From contig NW_021829627.1 of assembly GCF_006345805.1 (NCBI RefSeq), positions 1-32,040 on the forward strand: a stretch of 32,040 nucleotides of DNA, read 5' to 3'. Position numbers and translations under genes: made by a program. Origin of the DNA: Octopus sinensis (lineage: Eukaryota). Positions 22,254 through 32,040 of this stretch are shown here, in pieces (positions within the stretch are counted from its first letter, which is position 1; every line of letters starts with the position of its first letter). The notes beneath the pieces were generated by a model, which saw only the letters and a program-made list of their open reading frames with translations, had not been told where the DNA came from and ran no database searches.

Positions 22254-22555
22254 GTCAATTGGTGGTAAATTGTGTTAATGATTGTGCTAATGTGGGTTCA
22301 ACTATCAAAGTGTTTTTCAAAATCTGTTAATTGCATACTCTAATTCAAGGTCGTGCGTCAATTGGTGGTAAATTGTGTAATGATTGTGCTAATGTGGTTT
22401 CAACTATCAAAGGTTTTCAAAATCTGTTAATTGCACACTCTATTCAAGGTCGTGCGTCAATTGGTGGTAAATTGTGTTAATGATTGTGCTAATGTGGTTT
22501 CAACTATCAAAGTGTTTTTCAAAATCTGTTAATCACACTCTATTCAAAGTCGTGC
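22254..22555 (+). repeat. Tandem repeat, about 100-102 bp x 3
   Basis: Units start GTCAATTGGTGGTAAATTGTG at 22254, 22356 and 22456. Confidence 0.95.
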
Positions 22556-22626
22556 AATCTGTAATTGCACATTCTGTCAAAGTCAAATATGATAATAGCT
22601 TTAATTTGATTCATGTCGATAATGAA

Positions 22627-23620
22627 TAAAATTTTTTTAATTTTTTTGGGGGAAGGTTTTAAGGACCACATCAATGAAGTCGAGGACATCGTAGTTGTTC
22701 ATTTTAACCAAAATGAGAAAAATTTTTTTTTAATTTTTTTGGGGGAAGGTTTTAAGGACCACATCATGTAAGTCGAGGACATCGTAGTTGTTCATTTTTA
22801 ACCAAAATGCAGAAAATTTTTTTAATTTTTTTGGGGGGAGGTTTTAAGGACCACATCATGTAAGTCGAGGACCGTAGTTGTTCATTTTAACAAATGCAGA
22901 AAATTTTTTTTAATTTTTTTGGGGGGAAGGTTTTAAGGACCTCATCATGTAAGTCGAGGACATCGTAGTTGTTCCATTTTAACCAAAATGCAGAAAATTT
23001 TTTTTAATTTTTTTGGGGGAAGGTTTTAAGGACCTCATCATGTAAGTCGAGGACATCGTAGTTGTTCATTTTAACAAAATGCAGAAATGTTTTTTTAATT
23101 TTTTTGGGGGAAGTTTTAAGGACCTCATCATGTAAGTCGAGGACATCGTAGTTGTTCATTTTAACCAAAACGCAGAAAAATTTTTTTTTAATTTTTTTTT
23201 GGGGGAAGGTTTTGAGGACCTCATCATGTAAGTCGAGGACATCGTAGTTGTTCATTTTAAACCAAAATGCAGAAAATTTTTTTAATTTTTTTTTGGGGGA
23301 AGGTTTTAAGGACCTCTCATGTAAGTCGAGGACATTGTAGTTGTTCATTTTAACCAAAACGCAGAAAATTTTTTTTAATTTTTTTTGGGGGGGAAGGTTT
23401 TAAGGACCTCATCATGTAAGTCGAGGACATCGTAGTTGTTCATTTTAACCAAAACGCAGAAAAATTTTTTTTAATTTTTTTGGGGGGAGGTTTTAAGTAC
23501 TCATCATGTAAGTCGAGGACATTGTAGTTGTTCATTTTAACCAAAACGCAGGAAAATTTTTTTAATTTTTTTTTGGGGGGAAGGTTTTAAGGACCTCATC
23601 ATGTAAGTCGAGGACATCGT
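22627..23620 (+). repeat. Tandem repeat (minisatellite), about 92-93 bp x 11
   Basis: Unit AAAATTTTTTTAATTTTTTGGGGGAAGGTTTTAAGGACCTCATCATGTAAGTCGAGGACATCGTAGTTGTTCATTTTAACCAAAATGCAG. Copies differ mainly in homopolymer length. Confidence 0.97.
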
Positions 23621-23648
23621 ATTGCCAATTTGAAGTTGGTGGTGACAC

Positions 23649-23707
23649 CAGACAGACAGACAGACAGACAGACACACAGACAGACAGACAGACAGACAGA
23701 CACACAC
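23649..23707 (+). repeat. (CAGA)n microsatellite
   Basis: About 13 CAGA units with one CACA interruption, near the 3' end of the HINE-like element. Confidence 0.97.
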
Positions 23708-24899
23708 CATACCATTTTATTATTAAGATATATGAGAATATGCCCCTATGCCCCTGTTTATATGGAAATAGTGAAGATAAAAATATATAGAAATCCAAAT
23801 TTTGATGATCGATTATTTAATAAAAGTTTAATCACATCAAAGAGGGTATTTGACCGCGAAATCGAAAAGGTTTGATGTTGACCTTTACTTTCCCAATAAT
23901 ACCAAATCAATAAAACGATTGAAATTATGGACTTGAATGACAATTCTCCAGTGTTTACTAACAAGACATGTTCCCTCATTACATTGATAAATACTCGTGA
24001 ACGATACTAACAAATTTATTTGCTGAGGATGCTGACCTGGAATGAATGGAAGAATCAATATGAAGTCATTTCGGTAATGAGTATAATGAAGAGATTGGAG
24101 TCTGTGATCCATACACAAACTACGAGGATGCATTTTATATTGATCCGAATTCGGGACAGTTAGACCTAAATCATGACTTTAAAAATGTGGGATATTTCTT
24201 ATTAATATACAAGCTACTGACTCAGGGCCCCAAAAATTATTCGCCAATATTCACTGTTTTGTTCACGTGGTTGAATTTTCATCTATTTTTGACTATTCAT
24301 TCAACGGGAGTAGTGCAGTGCAGAATCAGACTATTAAATTGTCACAAAATCAATTTGGACAAACTTTTCTGAGGAATACAGCTACTTTGTGGAGTTATTT
24401 CTTTGACGATTTTATATTTACAATTCCCGATGATTCCTCACGGTATTTCAACGTTGACCTTTATTCCGGAAATGTCAGTTACGTTGGCAAAATTCAACCG
24501 TCTCTGACAAACAACTATACTCTGACGATAACTGCTTTTTCACGAAAGCATTCTTACCTCAACTATACTTTCAGCGTCAATTTGGTATTCAATGATTATT
24601 CGAGTCTCCACAAATCAGTGGACGGGAAATATATTGCGATTATTATTCCTTTTGTTATACTTTTGATTAGCTTGCTCTATTTTGGCGTTATTCATAAGGA
24701 AAAATGTAAAATATACGGCCATACATGAAACTGACAAGACTTAAGATACTAACAATGACCTTTAATCATTTTATTTCAATTATGGACTTTTCTTGTTTTA
24801 ATCACAATGTTTTACAAATAATTTATGTTAATTGCATGAAAATAGCAGAGAAAGTATGAATCATTTGTTACAATGAATAAAATAATTTTATTGTGTTTA

Positions 24900-25300
24900 T
24901 AATTACTTCGAGAAAATTTGACGGCATTAATTCTTAAAATATCCACTGAACGTTGAGTGTGTTGATTGAAGCTACATTTATCGTTTGTGACTATATCCCA
25001 AACATTTTACAGTCCTAGATATTGTTGGCTGCAATACAGAGATATCTAGACTAAGTTTATTTTTGATTTCATATAGCGTCGTCTAATTACTTTCCTGAAA
25101 GATTACATGTGGTCTGGGTTAGTAATAAACAATTTTTTTATTATTTAAAGGTTAATGAAAAATCATTTATGTGTGCAAAGAATTTTTAAGACTGTCCTCG
25201 TGACTGGCAATTGAAATTTTTTGCCAAAGGTATAATGATTTCAGTAGCTCATTTTAATTTAATTTTGTGTGGCTCAAAAAATAACGAACGTTGTTTTATG
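24900..25300 (-). mobile_element. IS630/Tc1-like transposase remnant
   Basis: Minus strand reads TTLYEIKNKLSLDISVLQPTISRTVKCLGYSHKR*, which resembles the winged-HTH motif TL.EI...L...VS..TISR.L...G.S.KR. Confidence 0.5.
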
Positions 25301-25329
25301 TGCAATGCGTGAATTAAAATGTTCATTTG

Positions 25330-27880
25330 GGATTGACAATCGAGAGAGTATTTCTCAGAGAGCCGAATCTTAACATATATTTGTAAGAGATCATGTATCT
25401 TTGACTGTGACTACTGCATGTAACAACACATAAGAAGTAGAACAAGGAAATATTAGAACAAATAACTAGGTTAGTTAATAACTGATATTCGAATTTTTGA
25501 TTGATCACGATCCTTTTTGCATATCATGTTTATTGGGGTGGGATGGTAGCAGAGGTTGCAATCTATTATGAGTAAACTAATCCATCATCTGCTCGCTCCA
25601 ATTTTAGTATTGCTTGGAAAATATATCTGGTTTTATATTCACACTTTTGTTAGTTAATAACAAGGTGGCGAACGAATAAGTACTGATCGGCAATCTCGTA
25701 ATCCTTATACGTGAATATCCAAGTATTCATTATGGGTAGTGCCCCATTCGTGAATATACACATTTCTGGCCATCAATAATACTATACACTCAGTAATCTA
25801 AAATACAGAAGGTGAGGGGACGATTGTTCTTAAATTAAACGCGACTGGAAATGGAATTTGATGGTATGTAACTTTAATGTTAGAATAAGATTTGTACAGA
25901 GATGATAATGCGACTAAACGTTCAAAGGCATCTACATTCACGTAACGAAGTTTACTAAAGTGATCAAATGATTCAAAATATTTGAATGTACATATAGTGT
26001 AGGTAAATCAAGCCATAAAATGAGTTGTTTAGTATTCTCTTGGCGGGTCTCCATCACATTGACTAGTGTTAATAAAATGTTGATCACAATGTCCTCCAAG
26101 TTTGTTAAATTCGAGAATATTCTTCATATGAAAATGTAAAGTTTCTCGTAATTTTAATTGTTGTTGTATGTCTCGCAGAATGTTCTCCATTGAACTCACA
26201 GTCGTACAAATACGACTAGTTATTCATGAGGGATATGAACACTAAATTGTTTGCATGATTGTTGTGTAAATTACATTTTTACAGGAACGCCACACTTATT
26301 AAAGCAGGGGAAGATTGTGTTTTATTTCAAATCCATCCAAGCTGTGCTAATCCATGAATAGCATCTAAAAAAGAATTTTTGGCAGAGTGATGTCGCAAAA
26401 GAGGAACAAGGAAATATAAAGCAAATAATTAGGTTAGTCAATTAGTAACATCCGAAATGTAGGTCAAAAGCAATCCTTCCAGCATAGAAGATTGCTTGAT
26501 CCGGGATATCGGCAGAGGTTGCAATCTATTGTGAGTAAAATAACACACCGTAGGCTTCCTCAGTGATTAGTGTTGCCTCTCGATTTATTTCTACGCTTTT
26601 GTTAGTAAAAATGATAGTTTGACTATACTTCACCATAATCCTTATATGTGAATATATAAGTATACATTATGGGTTGGGACCCATTTGTGAATATGCACAT
26701 TTTGTGCCTTGCACTCATACTACAAAGTCAGTAAGTTAAAATACCCTATGTAGAGGGGACGACTGATTTTTGGCCTCTGGAAAATGGTATTGATGGCATG
26801 TCACTTTAATGTTAGAATAAGATTTGTACAGAGTTTCTAATGCGACTAGACGTGCAAATGCATCTACGTTCACGTAACGAAGGTCACTACAATCAGACAG
26901 ATCTCTAATGATTCAAAATATTTGATTGTACATATAGTATAGGTTTTTCAACCCGTCAAATGAGTTGTTTAGTATTCTCTTTAGCGAGTCTCCATACAAG
27001 AACTAGTATTAATAAAATGTTATTACAATTCCTCAAGTTTGTTAAATTCGAGAATATTTCTCCCTTTGGAAATTTAACGTTGCTAGAAATTGCAATTATT
27101 GTGTTATGTCCTGCAGCATTTGCTCCATTGAATTCACAGTTTTGCAAAGCTCTGATTCAAATAAGCAATTTTTCAAAAACTCTTTTGTTAAGTCACAGTC
27201 ACTTTGGACCACTAAGTCAACAAAAAGTAGGACAAGTGAAAGCATTCTAATTAAAGCTAATATTTTATTGCGAATAACTCATTGGTTAGACAACAAATAA
27301 ATTAAAAACTTTATTAACTAAATCCAAAACCGAAATAATAAGAAATTAAGTAATTATTGATCCTAGTTTTTGGAAATTTTTCATCTTGAGGGGACTCCAT
27401 AACTCATTATTCCACATTTACTTTCATGCTCAGAGTCATTTATAACTTGTCAATTGTTTCATCTGGGGTTTTCGCATTATTAGTTTGTCATTGCAAACAA
27501 CTGCCGTAATGACTTCTTTATTAGGCATATTAATTCCCATTCCTATGCTCCAGAACGATGCTTTCTAGTGTCTTTTTCATTACAAGTGCCAGAATGTATG
27601 TTCTCGTCGGGCCTTGAACAAATAATCTTTCGATATAGGAGATAGAACACTTTGTAATACTTTTAAACCTACTCCGTCCCTATTCACAAAGATATAGAAC
27701 ACTATTTTTTCATGATTGTCGTTTAAATCATATATTTTTACTGGAATGCCACATTTAAAGCAGAGGGAGATTGTGTATTATTACGTCCATCCAAGCAGTG
27801 CTAATTCACAGATAGCATGTAAGAAAAAATTTAGGCAATCGGTGTCGCAGTGGTTTCTGTTTCGGAAGCAGTCAAGATGA
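25330..27880 (-). pseudogene. Tandem degenerate SLC19-like (reduced folate/thiamine carrier family) genes, about 3 partial copies
   Basis: Period is about 960 bp (AGAGGTTGCAATCTATT at 25551 and 26515). Motifs IATSADI, FL.AI..LA.LGW, ISVAF, FNGANAAGHNTIIAI and FARLVALETL...HQY appear in the same order as recalled SLC19 motifs (GIATATEIA, LGQ..V...GW, ISL..VSVAF, YNG.VEA..TL, F.AL.LQTL...TQF). Many stops. Confidence 0.6.
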
Positions 27881-27899
27881 TTAACAAAGGAATTGTAGA

Positions 27900-28590
27900 G
27901 AATTGAGCAAGATGAGAAATGCCTGGTTTCAATTACCTACAAAACACTGATTGGATGCCACCTGCGTCGCACCGACTGCTGAAATCGATTGACGAGATGT
28001 CTGATAAATGGAATGATTGAGAAGGAGAGGGAAGAAGTTTGCAGTATTGTGAGCAAGTGTTGGACTGCCCCACCAATCTCACTCACCCAAGATTAGGGTG
28101 TAATACTACAAGACAGTCGACGACCATCTCTGCTACAAGACGGAAATAGTCGACGCCACCAATAAAGTCTCCCATTTCACATGTGTAGAGGAGGTGATAC
28201 AAATCTTAGAGGCCTATTCGTAAGCACATTAATTGTCTCTGTTCTCTCTGCAGCCCGACAACCTCAACCGACTAGGGCCTTTCTTCAACTTGGCGGTTTT
28301 TCACTGCGAAGTGAAGGAGATGCCTCACAAGACAATAGAAATTGCGGAACAGCCCGTGGCGACACCAGAGGAGTACTCCACAACAAACACTCCATTTTCA
28401 TTGCCAAACTCATCCTGGACAATATATCCGTTAGCCCCCATTCTTATATTCACTCAATATTCCACAAGCTGACACACATCCCAACTTCATTATCTCTTCT
28501 TTGTTGTCGATCCGCCTCTTTTTGCCAGATTCATAGGCCAGGATACAGCTTTCGTGTGTTTGACAAGTTCCACTGATGTCTCGTGGTGGC
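27900..28590 (+). other. Unidentified GC-richer coding-like fragment with mini-introns
   Basis: Open segments YYKTVDDHLCYKTEIVDATNKVSHFTCVEEVIQILEAYS / PDNLNRLGPFFNLAVFHCEVKEMPHK... are separated by a clean gtaagc...ctgcag intron. No family recognised. Confidence 0.35.
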
Positions 28591-28599
28591 TACTTCCTT

Positions 28600-29380
28600 C
28601 TTCACGGTTAAAAAAGAAAAATTTCTCCGAGAACTATAAACGACCTTAAATCAAAATCGGACCTTTTGAATAGGACGACATCAAAAAATTAAACATAACG
28701 AGAATTCCAAAACTCAAATTTAATGAAATTGATGTAGCGATGATAACATGGATTAAATAATGGAATCTAGTGGAGCAATTCTATCAGATTCGATGTAATT
28801 GCAAAAGCTCTTAAATTTGGAAAAAATTTTCCAGAATTCAAAGAAAGTCGTGGGTGGCTAGAAAAGTTTAAATTACGAAATGGTGTCAAGTTAAGAAAAT
28901 TTCAGTCCAAGGTCAAATTGACGATCCAACTTATAGTGAATTGTTGATTACGGATATACTGAAAATGAAGAGCTAATGGAATTTTTAGACAAATCTGAAC
29001 AAGCTGGTACATTACAGTCAAAAAAAAGTTCAATCAGTTAGTGATTTTATTTTAATTATACTTAGGAAACAATATTGAAGAGGAATCAAATGAGAAAAAA
29101 GTTGATCTCTCAGAAGCTTTCAGAGCTTTAGAGATTATTAAAACTTATGCTTCTCAGGTAAATGCAGATATAGATGATCATAAAATATTATGCGAATTGG
29201 GGAAATGTTAAGAAAATAATTAAAAAAAATAAAATTTCTGATTTTTTTGAATATAAATAATTTTATGTATTCAGTCATTGTATATAAAAAGAAATACTTA
29301 ATCTATATTGTAAGTTCATGTTTCAACTATAAAATATTATTGGTTGTTACGTGCATGTTTGTTTCTACTGGGTCTAATGA
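28600..29380 (+). mobile_element. Tigger/pogo transposase remnant (CENP-B/Tc5 HTH + C-terminus, DDE core deleted)
   Basis: ISPRTINDLK...KFNEIDVAMITWIK...GAILS...FKESRGWLEKFKLRNGVK is followed directly by an acidic C-terminal segment ...SEAFRALEIIKTY. Confidence 0.75.
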
Positions 29381-29439
29381 AACATTTCAAATGGACCTAT
29401 TTACGTAAGATAATGAAAGAGAAACCAATAATAACGATC

Positions 29440-31230
29440 GTGTGGTCCGTGGGCAGCTTGGAACGCAAGAATCTGATATTCCCCTCCAAATTCGGTGTCG
29501 CAACCGGATTGTCCTGCTAATCTGTTAACTCTACGGGCTATCATCGATCAAGTAACGCAGGTGGACATGATCAAATGGCGAATGAAGTGGTTAACGTTTC
29601 TCGAGCAAGATTCAAAAGAATACCACGTGGTGGATGGCCTATGTTTACTCAGGCTTTTAACGAAAAGTTCCTCACGTCCAAATCTGTGGCGAATGTGAAG
29701 AGTCTGGCTAAGATGACGGGAACAAAGTCTAACTCTCCAATGGATCAAGAAAAAGAATCACAAGACTGAAATCTCTAATTTAGAGATTGCTCATTGAATT
29801 TTCTTCCCAAATAGGGCAAGTAAAATCTATCTCTAGAAAAAACGAAAGCCGACCAAAAAGTCCCATACTTAAAAAAGAAATATTGTCTGGAATAAATGCA
29901 GTGATTAATGAATATATAAAGACCAACCTCCTGTCAATTTGAATGATATCACCGATATCGTTTATGCTGCACAGCTGACATACCAAGCTCTCACAAAATA
30001 CTCTCCTAAGAATAACAACTGGAAAGGAATAATGGAAGCAAAACTAATTAAACTTAAAGAACAATACGAACAGACTAATACACTTATTGATCAAAAAGGA
30101 AGTTTGATAATGCAACGAGGGATACGCTGAGTGAATGTGGATATCGAAAGGAAGAAAGGAGAACTTGGAAGAATTTTGCTTGCATTGGAGACGAAATAAA
30201 GATTGTTGAGAAGAAACTTCGACTCCATGATGCAAGAAAAGAATTTCGGAAACAGAATTGGTTTTTTGAATTGAATCGGCGTTGTTTCTATCGCAGTTTA
30301 AATGATGAGAGAAAGAGTGCAGAGTTCATGTTTAATAACAGTGAATGTTTTTCATATTGGAAAAAATATGGAGTAGAAATGAGAAGAGCGATAATGTGTT
30401 ACATATTAACAAGAGAGTGACATGGGCAGAGGATACATTTGCAGAGTTTAGTAAAGAAAGCATCCTTGAAACAATTAAACAACTCCCAAACTGAAGAGCT
30501 AGCGGTTGTGATGGGGTGTATAATTTCTTTCTAAAAAATGACCTCAATCCATGATCACTTGTGTGAAGAACTAGTCAAGATAATCCATGGTGAATACATA
30601 CCGGATGAGTGGTTCTACACTGGAATCACATATCTCATCCCAAAGAAAGATATTTGTCAGGACCCAAAGATTTGAGACCAATTACTTGTATGTCTAACCT
30701 ATATAAGCTTGCAACGAAATGTGATAACAGGAAGTTGGGAGATTATATTGAGGCATATAATCTGATTGCCGATAATCAATTGGGAACTCGGCGAATGTGT
30801 CAAGGGGCAAGGGAACAAGCAATTCTTAACCGGTGCATTCACAAGCAAAACGGAAATAATTTGTTTTCTACCTGGATTGACGTAAAGAAAGCGTTCGATT
30901 CGGTAGATCACGAATTTCTGTTCCAGGTGCTTGAAAACTCCGGACTCCCTACCTGGATTGTGAATTTTGTGAAGAACCTTGTAACGAAGTGGAGAATAAA
31001 GCTACAAGTGTAATTCTGAATCATAATGAAATCGGAGAGGTTTAATTGGAAAGAGGCATACTCCAGGGTGATTCCTTGTCACCTCAAATCTTTGCCCTGG
31101 TGATGGATCCTCTTAGTAGAATTCTGAATGCTAAGTACCCAAAAGTGATGATTGATAACCAAGATCAGGGTTGTATTACATATACAACAAATCACTTACT
31201 GTTTATGGATGATCTAAAGGGATCTCGACG
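29440..31230 (+). mobile_element. Non-LTR retrotransposon, R4/Dong-like clade, 3'-truncated and degenerate
   Basis: NDITDIVYAAQ, NWFFELNRRCFYRSL, ASGCDGVYNFFLKK, WFYTGITYLIPK, RPITCMSNLYK, NQLG...GAREQAILN, WIDVKKAFDSVDH, RGILQGDSLSP and HLLFMDDLK. The sequence ends right after the catalytic motif, with no endonuclease domain. Confidence 0.88.
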
Positions 31231-31336
31231 ATTGTACTTTGGGCGGTCCTCCTGATGTTTTGTTGAGGGACCTAGCTACTCTAATTCCCATTTTATCTAA
31301 CATTAGTCTGGTCATTAATTCCAGTAAGTCTGAGAT

Positions 31337-32040
31337 TGAACACTAAATTGTTTGCATGATTGTCGTGTAAATTACATTTTTACAGGAATGCCACACTTAT
31401 TAAAGCAGGGGAAGATTGTGTTTTATCCATGATTAGCATCTAAGAAAGAAATAGGAACAAGGAAATATTAGAATGAATAATTAGGTTAGTTAATTAATGA
31501 CATTGAATATTTAAATTAAGCACAATCCCTTCCGCATAGATGATTGTTTAATGCGGGATATCGGTAGAGGTTGCAATCTATTGTAAGTAAACTAACGCAC
31601 CATAGGCTTCCTTCGTGATTAGTTCTGCCTCTCGAGCTCGATTTGCATGTATTTTTACGCTTTTGTCAGACAGAGCAAGAAGCAAAGAAATATTAGAATG
31701 AATAATCAATCACATTAATGTCAATCAAGTCACATTAAGAGAATTCTGAATAGCTGTCCATTTCAGGATTAAGATACCAATGGAGATTACAATCGGGAAC
31801 GTCTTTTTACAGAGGGTCAAATCTTAGTGCTCGACATGTATCTTTTTCAAATTATGTATTTATCATTGTGACTAGCTCATCTAACACAAATAGAGCTAAT
31901 AAGTTGAACAAAGAAAAATTGGAACAAATAATCAGGTTAGTAAATTAGAACACCGAAATTTTTAATTTAAGAACAATCTTCTGTGCATAGAAGATTGCTG
32001 GGATTAGGGTATCGGCAGCGGTTGCAATCTATTGTGAGTA
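31337..32040 (-). pseudogene. Two further partial SLC19-like copies continuing the array
   Basis: 31337-31430 is nearly identical to 26237-26325. IATSTDI (about 31560-31580) and IATAADT (about 32010-32030) motifs are each followed by LTNLII. Confidence 0.6.

Larger units (their letters stand above)
22086..23729 (+). mobile_element. Helentron-associated (HINE/DINE-like) non-autonomous element with internal tandem arrays
   Basis: Begins ...ACTAGCTCGGCAGCTCGCTTCGCTCACCGCG and ends (CAGA)n...ATTTTATTATTAAGAT, with no TSD. Removing it restores the cadherin frame (HTT-IYENMP). The family assignment rests on architecture only. Confidence 0.55.
16700..24728 (+). pseudogene. Cadherin/protocadherin-like gene, degraded and split by hAT and Helentron-like insertions (pieces about 16700-18235, 21738-22085, 23730-24728)
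   Basis: Cadherin motifs VLDINDNP (about 17597), VDKDSGVNAQTRYEV (17697), IYENMP (23730), FDREIEK (23849), IMDLNDNSPVF (23925) and DADL.MNGRI.YEVI (24027). A TM segment YIAIIIPFVILLISLLYFGVI precedes the stop at 24728. Many stops and frameshifts. Confidence 0.8.

Noticed and set aside
22627-23620. CRISPR-like array, or the repetitive ORF 23004-23357
   Set aside because: The units are contiguous with no unique spacers, there are no cas genes and the context is eukaryotic. The ORF is a by-product of the minisatellite.
29445-29530. HDV-like ribozyme at the 5' end of the R4-like LINE (GCTAAT motif)
   Set aside because: I could not build convincing P1/P2/P3 pairings by eye. A covariance-model search would be needed.
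226-32040. Stop-codon reassignment to explain the many in-frame stops
   Set aside because: SmD2, the coactosin-like gene and the Merlin transposase have no internal stops after splicing and end in TAA or TGA. Stops elsewhere are explained by introns or decay.

Overview
AT-rich eukaryotic (animal-type) genomic DNA, not prokaryotic. Almost every gene is split by very short GT-AG introns of about 22-35 nt, so the six-frame ORF track shows only fragments. Animal-type cadherin and anillin, tiny introns and low GC suggest a compact-intron parasite such as a myxozoan; this is inference only. I removed the mini-introns by hand and recovered a compact core-gene island (SmD2, a coactosin-like gene and anillin), a divergent bHLH-like gene built from duplicated exon-intron units, a tandem cluster of three highly divergent proteasome beta-subunit-like genes, a degenerate tandem array of SLC19-like (folate/thiamine carrier) genes and a broken cadherin gene. 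These sit among heavily nested mobile elements. A Merlin (IS1016/IS1595-like) transposon has 37-bp TIRs, an 8-bp TSD and a transposase that reads fully open after removing six mini-introns. Two complete Ginger-like integrase transposons (TGT...ACA ends, 5-bp TAATA/TATTA TSDs) appear to share intron positions, and there is a remnant of a third. Also present are a hAT element, pogo/Tigger and Tc1 fragments, two LINE reverse-transcriptase remnants, a tRNA-derived SINE and a Helentron-like non-autonomous element with two tandem arrays. All family assignments rest on motifs recalled from memory, with no database search. All splice models are manual predictions. Some frameshifts may be homopolymer sequencing errors.
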